Origin: Trichoplax sp. H2
Taxonomy: Eukaryota
DNA length: 64,000 nt
Direction of reading: 5' to 3'
NCBI GenBank assembly: GCA_003344405.1
Contig: NOWV01000020.1
Span: 186,001-250,000, forward strand
Positions 1 through 11,505 of this stretch are shown here, one piece after another. The first letter of the stretch is position 1. The number at the start of each line of letters is the position of its first letter. The notes beneath the pieces were generated by a model. That model searched no databases and was not told the origin of the DNA. It worked only from the letters and a program-made list of their open reading frames with translations. The translations under genes were made by a program, and so were the position numbers.

Positions 1-2855
1 CGCTCTAATATGAAATTAAATGTAGGAATCAAAAAATGCATCATATCCTAAAGCTATTATCATTAAGTTATGAAGCAAATATCCCAAATCGTATAATCTT
101 TTTGCTAGTAACAACTTACATCCAAAAGGCGACTATCCTGACTATGAACAGCTTGAATAAGCATTTGCGATAGAGAGTCAGCCGTTGGAAGGCTGCTAGC
201 GCTATTTTTAAGATAGTATTTAGCATTTTGAGAAAAACTTCTGATTACAATACTGAACAGCGTAATTAGCATCAAGATATATGTAATTACCTATTTATGC
301 GTGAATGTGTTTTTGTCGCATCTAGTCTCTCTTGGAAAGTAACCTAAGAGAAAAACCAACTGATAAGCCACTTAAGAAATACGTTACAGAAACAATCAAA
401 GAATAGCATACCTCATGAGCAGATTCTTTAGTTGTCTTCGATTTCTTATTTACTGAAACATTACTTAACTTCATATTAACTGGCCCTATAATTTTGGCAT
501 CTTTACTATTATTACCCTGAACCTAAATATTTAATACAACGTCGTTTACTTAATTGCTTTACACATTTTATACTAGTAAGCAAATAATTTTTATTTATGT
601 TGTAGTACCGATGTCACAGTACCAGCTTTATCTCTACTTAGCAATAGATTTTTGGAATTATCACGAATTAAGCAGCAATGTGTTTCGCATTTGGTTATAT
701 CCTATGGAAATTTTATAATTTAGATGTAATTTGTTAAATTTATTACTGGATTACTATTAACATGTTATATACAATCGCTTGTTAGTTATCATACCAAATC
801 TTCGTAATTCGGATTTATAAGTGATCCATATGATATTTTTAACAGCTGTTCCTCAAGTGCTTCATCACAAAATTGAGCATTAAATATTGGGACAGGTAGT
901 GGAGTTGAGTTCTATTACCATAAATATTACAACAGACAGCGTTAATTTAATAACAATTTTTTCCATGTAGATTAAAAACTTGTTGTCAAATACTATCAAA
1001 TGTCTATTTTACTTTATCTGCAGGTGTTACAATTTGTATTGAAGACGTAGGTGATACAGGCTTTTTCCGTTTGCTCCTATAAAAAATGCATGTATCGCAA
1101 CCAAGTTCACTATCAATTGTATTGATCATTTCAAATCAAATTTGAGAATATTATTTACAACTAACCCATTTAATGATATGTAATATATATGCAACTGGCC
1201 ATCCCTACAAACTGCAGCTATGGAAAGCTAGTCAAAAAATCAAAAATTGAATAAATTGTCATGAAATTTTTGTGCAAAACGATATTGAAAACAAAGTTCT
1301 ACTCCACAATCACCTCTTTTAACAATTTACAATCTAGACCAACAGAGTAATTCGTTAAGGCTAGCGTAGCCAAGGGGCTATGAACGCTGCTTTTTTCCGT
1401 AGACATTTGCCTATTAAAAAAAATGTAAATTCAAGGAGGTTCTTAATGCAAGTATCGAATCGATTGATGATAGCTAAATATATGATAAGTATTACTATAA
1501 TCACAATTGATTGTATCTTAAGTCTGCATTTATTAACTAATCATGTTTATACCAAATGTTTAGATATTTATCTCTTTCGGCACCAGATATAAAATATTCT
1601 GCATTAGAAGTTTTTTGAGATGGTAAGACTTTTAGGTATGCAACATCATTGATATGACCAGTATATTTCTGCAATGAAAGCAATAACGTCAACGTTTACT
1701 TTTAAGATGAGTTAGCTTATTTGAAATAATGGATATTTAACTCTTTAAACAAATTTTTATTCGAGCTGCAGGCATGCTGTATTCTAAGGCGTACGATAAG
1801 GCTATGAAATACTCATAATCTCATGTATGACTGATGTTTTGAAAGAACTGTACGACACTGTCATACTGTATTAATTTTTAGATAGTTTTTAACGACGTAG
1901 ATACTGAATATAGTAGATAGTATAAATTTGGTGTGATTACACATACCGTTAAAATCTGTTGAGTTTCTACATTCCATACTTTAATAGATCTTGAAGCTAA
2001 TATCAATTTAGTACCATCGCTGTTAGTGCACATCGCACTAATAGGTGATTTTTCAGCTTTCCATTGCCTGTCAGTACAGAAAAAATGACGATCAGCTATA
2101 TGCAGATCAAGGCTATCAATAAATATGATAAAGCGTTAAAAAAAAGATGTTGGCTAACTTTTTTATTTCCGCAGTATTTGAATCCCAAATAATGACCAAT
2201 CCATCTTCAGATGCAGAATATAGGACGTCTTCGCTACTCCAACATATACAGGTAACTGCAGCATGATGTCCATTCTCCTACATCAACAACGGTCCAATTT
2301 AGAGATTACTTCATGTAATCCAATAATCTAAAATATGCAACAATATACCATATCAAGGCTACATACCATCTTGCTACAAACTTCTCCCTTGTTAACGTTT
2401 AGAATGGCTAAAGAGCCTGTAGGACTTCCACCAGCTAAGAGATAGGTTTTCGTCGCATTTTGAGCACTTTTTTTGGATGTTTTGCTCTTCTTCCTAGGCG
2501 GTTGCTAATATTATAATAAAATACAAATTAAGCTCTAGCAAGTCAAGTAGCGTTATTAAAGGAATAAAGAGAATGAAAAAGAAAGATAGCTGTTGTATGC
2601 ATATCATCAGCTACGATTGATAGCAACATTTACTTTTGACGAATCATTAGGGTTGTTACAGGTAGGCGACCATGCTATGCACGTTATTCGGTTGGAGAGG
2701 AAGTCATGCGTTTGCAATAATTTACAATTTTTACTATTCCAGACAGCCAATTGACCACTGGAAGACACCGATGCAAAATATTGGCCGTCACAGCTAAAGG
2801 CAGTTTTATAATCATCACTACCATTCGCCATTGCATCAATGGCAATTTCCGCCAT
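1..2855 (-). CDS. WDR43: WD repeat protein 43 / UTP5 (SSU processome), multi-exon; 3' part runs off the left edge of the window
   Basis: ATG at 2855. Exon 1 reads MAEIAIDAMANGSDDYKTAFSCDGQYFASVSSSGQLAVWNS...RITCIAWSP. Later exons give WD40 pieces (GHHAAVTCICWSSEDVLYSASEDGLVIIWD; LILASRSIKVWN; KYTGHINDV). The exon at ~118-204 reads SLPTADSLSQMLIQAVHSQDSRLLD, the start of a Utp12-type C-terminal domain. Introns are GT-AG. Confidence 0.85.
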
Positions 2856-3959
2856 CTTGTTCGTCTTGCACGTGAAGTTCAGATAAAAGTAAGGTGGTTT
2901 GGAACGCATGCGTGATGTGTTGTTATTGCCTTTGCTACCCGGCCAATGTGCCGCAATGCAGCCGACCATGGATGATCTCTTTTTGCACAATACAACAGCA
3001 TATGATATGGCTTTGATAGAAAGTAATGTCACCCATGCCGATGCTGACCCGGTTTGATACTGTAGACCATAGTACTGCCCAAGTGTGGTGTTGTACGTTA
3101 CACTAAGCTAACTAGTAGTGTATACTGTACAGTTGTACGTGCAGTCTTCTCAGGGTATGTTACTGTATATGGTAGTATTAGGGACGATTCTAATTGGAGA
3201 CTTTTTTATATTGGAGTTTGAATTTTACTTATTTTATATTCGTAGATAACCATAAATTATTTAATTACTGTACTAACTAATATATGCGTACACCTGCATC
3301 TCACAGCCTGCTCAATACAACAGTCCATGAGTGCTCTAAATGATGATGACGAGTAATGATGGGTGTCAATACTGCAATGTTACATAATTTGGTCAGCAAA
3401 ATAGATGTCGCTTGGATGTGACTTTGAAAATAAAACCTATTATAGGAAAATGAATTGCCCTCAGTGACATCCACTTTGGATACTAGCCTGAACTCAACAA
3501 TCCTAGTAACCTAAAATGTGACCGTGGCGTGACAAAGAAGCCATGTAGCCTACTGTAGGTCATGGACTTTTATTTCTAGATGTCCATGCTTAGTTACAGG
3601 TACTACTGAGGGTGTCTATAGCGATACACTATCCCTTATTATGGTGTATTTTGCTTTGGAACTTGTACAGAAAGATGAATGCGAGGCCTAAAAAATGACA
3701 GGCCTCCCCCCCTTACCCATGGTAAAAGAGAGGGTGGGCCCCTGGAAGGTTTGTTTCCCTCTTTGCAAGTCCCTATTTAGGGGTACAGTACGGTACAGTA
3801 CATTCTCATTACAGTACAATGCATACTTAGCGTAGTGCACTGTACACTGTACACTGTAGAGTAAACCACCAGCAAGCTCATCATCACTAGGCCCAGCCTA
3901 GAGCTGGATTGAACTTCCCTGGAAACTGATCGCTATTGGCAACTGCAAGCTGAGAAAAC
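2856..3959. promoter_or_regulatory. Divergent WDR43/SAE1 upstream region (putative bidirectional promoter)
   Basis: 1.1 kb between opposed ATGs, locally GC-richer, with TACAGTA/TACTGTA clusters at ~3058-3131 and 3784-3858. Confidence 0.6.
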
Positions 3960-6900
3960 ATGGCTCTAACCGAAGACGAAGCCGCTGTTTACGATAGGCA
4001 GATTCGTTTATGGGGTGTAGAAGCTCAGAAACGGTTCATATTCTCTATTGACTACATTTGATCATCAGTAAATGACTCGCAATTGATGTATTTTCTATAC
4101 TTGATTGGTATGACAACATGACGTCGCATTTTCATCTTGCAAATGGATCCCCTAGGCTACCGTTGGGTTGATATACGACATCGATATAGTTTCTTATTAT
4201 ATCTGCAGTAGTGGTTGTACTTTAGAGTAATCAGTGGATAGTCTTGAAGATAGTTGATTTTGATTCCTTGATTCTACCTAAAGTGTGCACTACAGTCTTG
4301 TTGACGTCCAATGATACTTTTTACTCCTTTTACTTTGGTGGATTGACATCTGATTGAAGCAGCTTAGAAAAATCATCATCATCATCGTACGCTAATTTGT
4401 ATGCTGTTGAATACGATACACTACTTTCGGTTGGAGTGTGCTAAAGAAAGAGTACGGGCAATCAATGCCTGATTGAAAGAGCCTATAAATGGTTATACTT
4501 TGTTGCGCCAGGGATACTGGTACAGTACTGTAATTGGCTCAAAGTTAGTCTAGGAAGAGATGTAAAGACTTGATAAAGTAAATCCTGTAGTGTGTAATTC
4601 TTGACCTCCTTGAAGATAGGGTAACGATCATTCGTACTGGACTTTGTGGAAGAATGATTGATTACCTTGTCGCAATAGCAAGTTTTACAAGTCATAACGT
4701 CGAAATACTACTCTACTAGTATAATGGCATTTAGAACATCCATAATTTTCATTACCATCAATTCCAACAGAAAACTAGCGATACCCCCTATGCAATAAAA
4801 CAACAATGGAGTGAGAATATGCAATATTTATCTTGATTGCGTTTCTCTACAACCATTTATAGCCACTACTTACAACTCTTCGTGATCTTATATACGTGCA
4901 CTGAGCCAGTGAGCTAGCAACCTTGTATTCAAGCTTTCGTTTGTAGGAGTATCTCAACCTCCAATAATCTAGAGTTAAATCTTGTACTTAAATTACAGTC
5001 AGACAAAACATTGGCATTGAATCGAAGTAATCATAATATAACTGTATTGTAGACTACAACGTAATACGTCTTTTTTGATACTAGATTGTGCGGTAGCGAT
5101 GATATTGATGTGTATTCCTCTTTGGGTACAAGCTACTATAGCATGTTGCATTCCAAGCCATCGCAAATACTTATAATAGATTATTCTGTTTTTAACTTAT
5201 AGATTGCGAGATGCTAAAATGCTTCTAGTTGGCCTAGACGGATTAGGAGCTGAAGTTTGTAAAAATGTTGTTTTGACCGGTATTAAGTCATTAACACTTT
5301 TAGACGATCAATGTAGTTGTGAGGACGATCGAATGGTGCAGTTTTTGATACCCCCAGACTGTATAGGCCAAAATGTAAGTACTGGATTAGCGTTACTACA
5401 CTTTTGATTAACCCCCATAAGTACCTGGAATATAAAATGTATGCACTTGATATTGTGCAAATACCAACAATTTCTCTTCATCATAGTACTTTAAAAAAAT
5501 AATCTTTGCATTTAGAGAGCTATAGCCTCATTACAACGTGCAAAAGAATTGAATCCATTAGTAGAAATTTCTGCTTGTACCGACAACGTCGATACCTTGC
5601 CTGATAGTTATTTTCAGCAATTTGACCTGGTCTGTATGTGCGGCTATACCAAAAACACAATGGTAAAATATCTTCGTATAAGCCTTTTATACCGTAGCTA
5701 TTACAATCTTTAGTGTAAGGGTCAATTAGGGTTAGAGTAGCTAAAATAAATAACATAAAAACGCAAATTTTATATGTTCATTATCCTATTAAGTATGCTT
5801 CGGATATATAAAGATATTAGGGTTCTTCTACTTACCTAGAAATGTTGCTTACTTATCAAATTTATGTATAGTTTAGGATTGGTAGTATTTGTCATCAAAG
5901 AAACATAAAGCTTTATTGTGGCAACGTTTACGGTTTCTGCGGCTTCTTCTTCGCGGACCTTGTTCATCATTCTTTTACCGAGTAGGTTGTCTTGTGATAA
6001 TGTATATAGATTAACGTAAAACTCATGTTGAGATTGGGACGGAATTGGACGTGGCTATGAAATTTACAACATCACAATTAGCAAGGATAAAATACACTTA
6101 TGATTATCTACTTATTTATCAATATTTTCATGGACCATAGAGAAATTAATCAACCGGTAAAAAAGACTGAAGCTAATCCCGCGGTACCTTCAAAAACCGT
6201 AAAAACCGAAGTGATTGTTAGGCAAAATGTTAGTGGCAAGTAGATTATTTCTATATGCACGGATCAATCGCTATCGTTTAATAAATGGAATGTTTTTAAA
6301 TAGGATGTTGACTATGTTGAGATAAAGGAGGCATTACAAGTGGATTATAAACTATTTCGTCCAACCAGATTGCGTAGAACTTCTAAAGTGTTCTTTCTAA
6401 TGAAAGGTACCATATATAATTAAATTTAAAGGCTGTAGAACTATTTTTAGATGACTTGGGTAAGTTTAAAATGTCAGTTACATGGCAATAATTGTATTGG
6501 CACAGTTATAGATGAATTTTATCAACGAAACAAGAGCTCTTCTACAGATAGCCTTGCCGACGTTGATAACTTGAAGCATGTTCGAGATGAACTGTTTGGA
6601 GACGACAGCGAAAAATTGTTGCCATTGTCCTATTTACAGTACGTAATTCTCACTGATCCTTATAGTTAGGAATGATGAGATAATATTGACACTCACACAT
6701 TTTATTACGTGATCCTTGTTTCATGTATTCATTAGAAATTGCCAAGGTAAGCTTAATCCCATATGTGCTATTGTTGGCGGAATCCTAGCCCAAGACGTTA
6801 TTAAGGTAGATTTCGATTCATTTATTGTTGCTGTGGATTATTCGAATCAATAGTTGGTTAAGTTATTGTGCATTGTACTTCCATATCATTTAGGCACTAT

Positions 6901-6983
6901 CGGCTAGAGAAGCACCTGTTAATAATTTTTTCTTTTACGATGGAAATAAAAGTGAAGGTGTTGTAGATAAACTGTGCTTGTAA
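3960..6983 (+). CDS. SAE1: SUMO-activating enzyme subunit 1 (Aos1), multi-exon
   Basis: Exon 1 (3960-4033) MALTEDEAAVYDRQIRLWGVEAQKR; exon 2 from 5203 LRDAKMLLVGLDGLGAEVCKNVVLTGIKSLTLLD; later ELNPLVEISA and LNPICAIVGGILAQDVIK; last exon ALSAREAPVNNFFFYDGNKSEGVVDKLCL* with TAA at 6981-6983. AATAAA at ~7099. Confidence 0.93.
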
Positions 6984-8173
6984 GGCAGTTCTTGTGTATT
7001 AAACCGAACAATCTCAATGGTTATCTATTACAATTATTATTGTTTTATATTTTATGTCCTTTATGGTATATATCCCAAAAATTCGTTTCGATATCTCTAA
7101 TAAAAATTTTTCTTATTTATAAATATTTCATATGCAAAAATATTAATTAATTTCTTTCAAGTTGCAAACGGGATGTGCCGTGTAACTATGGTACTGCGAT
7201 CCGCAGGTATTGTACCATAGGTAATGATTAAGCATGTGCGCTCGAATATTGCAAACGTTGTGTACTTGAAACTCTAAAAACTCCTTAGTAGATGGAGTGA
7301 GAATGACTGCTCACATTCTTAATTACTGTAAGACTGTCTTTCGAATTGACTGCTTGCATGCAGTTGAATAGAATCAGAATTGCTTTTCTGTACTTATAAA
7401 TTAATAGTTATGTAAGTTGCAAAGAGTTTATACCATTGCACGATTGATCCGAGAAAGTGTCGTATTGTAGATAAAACTAATACATAATGGTATCAATTAG
7501 TTTCTTCTAGGGTAATTATTTACGAAGACAATAAAAAATGGCATTCATTATAGTACTGTACATCTATATTACAAGATTTAATCTATAACTTACTTGGATA
7601 GGCGTTTTTAATTAAAAGTTTCACAATTGCTTATAATTTAGTACAGCTACCTATCCTTATACTACTGTAAGTTCACGGCAGATTTACCACAGTACAGTAT
7701 TTATCGTGTAAACGATAGGTATATAATTACATCGTTAAACTATAACACAATAAATCCTCTATAGTACAACAAGTCTATGGCAATGTCTAGTTTCTGACAA
7801 TTTTATTTAAATCCAATTTAGGAATCACACCATGTATTTCATCTCATGAATCGATAAATTTAAAATTTAATTTCATTTAAATCCATTTAATCTGACTATC
7901 ATACGCTTACATTTGATGTATTCTGCAGTATTATACAATTCGATCAGTAATTACGTACAATCATACTTGAAAATACTTTATCAGCACAGAAAATCAAGCA
8001 AAATTGAAGCACAACAATCACCAACAGATAATTATTTGGAAATAATAGTTAAAAAACCATTAATTGTAATACTTGTGCTTCTTCTGAGTAAATGTCAGTG
8101 CTAATCGATAGTCATAAAAATTTAGTATTAGGAAAATAAAGTATTCTATGTTAAAAGGTGCTCTTAAGAAAAG

Positions 8174-10319
8174 TCACGTCCAAGGATAGAAATTACTGTG
8201 TACTACTGTCCCGATGATGGAATATGTAAGAAAATAAATTACTGCAAGTCTTCCTGTAAAGTCTAACTTGTTTGATAAGTAAATCCTACGAATACTTTCA
8301 AAATTATCCCAATTCTGAAGCCAATCAGCATAGTTCATCTCTAGGTTAATGGATCATATATAATGCAATCAACTTATTTTATTACAAAATAAAAAATGAC
8401 AAAAGCAGCTAATCATTATCGCGCGTTACCTGAAGGATCTTTCGATCGATGTTTAATTCCTTGAATAATACTATATGCAGTAAACCAATATATCACAGGC
8501 GATGATGATGCAATCAGCCTTGTAATTACCTGAAATGTTGAATACTTTGAAAATAAGCTACATTTCATTTACTATAATCACAGTATTCTTAGTATTGCAA
8601 TTGAAATATACCTGTACGTGCATACTAGTAAGGCCAAAAATCGTTAAAAATAGTACATGGATTATGTAGACAAACATGGCAGGATTACCGAAGGTAATTG
8701 GCAACTGGCTAGAAGCTCTAAATTAAACCATATCGGAAAAGGGACGATTAAAAACTTTATTATTCTGTGAAAGCTGTAACCCATGAAAGTGCTGCAAACA
8801 TTTCGACATACATAGAAACATACCTAGTTTGATGGAAACTACCGAGAAAGGATGCATATAAGGAATTCCAACAATGGAGATATTTTCGAATAGCAAATAT
8901 ACATAACGTTACCATTGGGGCTGCTAAAATAAAATTAGGTATTTGTTTGAGCTGATAATAACGAAGGAAACCGACATTCCAATATTTCCTCTGCACTTCC
9001 CAATAAGGTATCGACAAATCTTTATTACACCAAGGCAATGGCTCAACTTGATGACTACTATTGCAGAATTTTCTCATACCGTAAGATTGAAACATGTAAA
9101 ACGGCGATAATATAGCGATAGCGAAAGGAAGTAATAATACTATCGTTTGACAAGCGTAGTAGATAATTTCAAACAAGAATAGTCTGCCACTACTGGCTGT
9201 TTTTAGTCGATAAAGTAGTAATGTATATCCAACAAATCCAATGAGGACCATTCCATTGGAACGTACAGCTACAGCTAGTGTAAAAGCCAATGTACCGAGT
9301 AAATAGCCAGTTAAATTCGTTGGATATTGCCAACATAGCATTCCCCCGAAACTACAGCAAGCATACAACGACTCCGTATAAAGAGATGACATGAAAATAC
9401 TGGCAGGGTTAATGCAGTACATGGTGACACTTACGATCGCTAGAATTTGATTTTGCAATACTTTATAACTTAACTTGTATAGGAGAATGGCAGATATAGC
9501 AAAAGCTGAGATATTAAATGTCGTTCCTATCAATAAAATCCTGGTATAGGTATGGACTAAATTTCCAAAAATAGGGGATATTGCCCATAAATCGAACTGG
9601 CGCAATAGCCATGGTAAGAGAGGTTGAAAAGCTAACAGACGAGGATGGTTATAGCCATGAGCAGCAATATGGGTATAATGAACAGCATCCCATTTCTGAA
9701 AGCCATCCAGTAAAAATAATAATGTGGCATCTATCCAGCTCGATGATAGACTTGCATTTTTCTCTAAGTGGGTAGCATCAGCAAGATGATCAGGAATGCA
9801 ATTGTTGGCTAGGCACTAAATGGTGACCAAGATAAACACAATAGTTGTGAGAAAAATGCAACTTTGAATGCCTTGAAGCTAAATATTGAGCTACTCAGCA
9901 ACTTGTTAATACAGTCCTATCAGCAACATGTACTGTATGTGCTAGTTGTAAACCAGTGAACAAAATGGAGCAGCTACGATAGTCCTGCCGATCTGCTTGT
10001 CATTTCTTAACTTCCATAAATGCATGGATAACATTGAACACTCACCAACAATCAAAATACGTCATGCAGGTGTGTTAGAATGTTTTTTTTATCATACAAC
10101 AGCAAATAGAGACGGAAAAGTTTGTAACGTACTCTCTATCGTAGCATCATCAGCCTTACAGGATGGACATGAATTCATTCTACTCTACAAGGATACAACT
10201 AGATGTAGCACTTTCTAAAATTATTCTATACTTGCATTAGCTACACATATACATACCTGTAAAAGTAGGATGGAAATTCTACATTTAACTGCAAATAGAG
10301 CAATTCTGCTCGTCTGCAT
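8174..10319 (-). CDS. PIGV: GPI mannosyltransferase 2 (PIG-V / Gpi18), multi-exon
   Basis: Exon 1 (10319-10257) MQTSRIALFAVKCRISILLLQ spliced to 9815 CLANNCIPDHLADA...FQKWDAVHYTHIAAHGY. The large exon has INPASIFMSSLYTESLY, VRSNG and YWNVGFLRYYQLKQIPNFILAAP; then MHVQ/VITRLIASSSPVIYW; C-terminus HSNFYPWT* with stop at 8174-8176. Confidence 0.93.
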
Positions 10320-11505
10320 TGCTGACAATAGCCAAAGATGATTGCACACTTGCAGGGCGTGTTACAAGCAAATTAACTAGACGATGACTTTCATAGTCAA
10401 AATGGATTGGAATGTATCCCAAGCTGAAAATGAGTGTGCAAGAATGGGTTGATCTTTTTTTTCTGCTTCTTGATGTACTGCAGCTGGACAGCCTGGACTG
10501 TTGGTAGCATGGACCTCAATGTTGACAATTACGCTAGCTCTCCGTTACCCTACAGTATATTGACTTCGAACTCTGAAACAGGGACACACGCTTCGTACTG
10601 ACTGTGGCTGCTGTCTCAGTAGGCATGCCAAAATATCATTTTACCAAGTTGCTGAGATGGATTATATAATCTAATAACAATCTCTTCATTCTATGTTTGT
10701 CTGGCTCTGACATAGTTGAATAATAATATCATTCGCGATGCTTGTATGTCTTGCAAATACGATTACGCATTCAATAAAACGATGCCCAATCATGGACTAC
10801 CAGTGATGAATATTCAGTAGTCTATGCTTCAATGTTATGCTCTATTTTGCCGTTAAAATCGCTATGTGCTAATCACAACGTTGTATAGTGCATATCGATC
10901 ATACTGCCATGCTGTAGAATGGAGACTATTCCATCTTACTATAAGATTTAGTCATAGAAGTAAAAGGAAAAGTTGTTTCCAATAACCTCCATGGATTTAG
11001 TCGTCCATGACACTGGACAGCATACTGTGCGAGGAGTACTTACCGTTACCTAGATACCATCTACTGGAATCTAACGTGAGTAAAAATATTAGAAGACGAT
11101 CTTGGATGGACAGACAGTCTCGACCTCATCTCGTTAAAATAGTGTGCCCAATACTTGAGGATAATAACAGTAACTGATTTTTTTTCCTCAATGAAGTCAA
11201 TAGAATATTGAATCTTATAATCTATTACAAAAGTTTTACTTGGAAACAGTTGTATAACATCGTCAAGATGAGTTTAGACTAAGTCGCCATTTTTCCACAT
11301 CCACGGCCTCATTGGGTAAGAAATGTCCGTCCGTCTACAGTACAGTACAGTATAGTACTGTAGTATACTGTACTGTAGACTGTCGCCAACAACCTCCCTC
11401 CATTTCCCCTATCCGTTATTTCTGCCTTCGTCGGCCATTTGGTTCTTTGCCCTACCAACTTTAACTCTATTTTCACCATTGATTGCAATACTGAAAAGTG
11501 ATGGA
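10320..11505. promoter_or_regulatory. Divergent PIGV/MGAT4-like upstream region
   Basis: 1.2 kb between opposed ATGs, with a palindromic TACAG/CTGTA array at 11336-11380. Confidence 0.6.

Noticed and set aside
1670..1946. Intronic C/D snoRNA in WDR43 (vertebrate WDR43 hosts snoRNAs)
   Set aside because: I could not find a convincing RTGATGA...CTGA pair with a terminal stem on the minus strand.
2856..3032. N-terminal extension of WDR43 in ORF 2607-3032
   Set aside because: It begins at a GTG and has no similarity to WDR43. The ATG at 2855 has good context (AAGATGG).
9605..9815. Possible frameshift or truncated start in PIGV (ORF track begins at 9605)
   Set aside because: Counting the T5 run at 9757-9761 shows the frame is continuous from the acceptor at 9815. 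The ORF caller simply started at an internal TTG.
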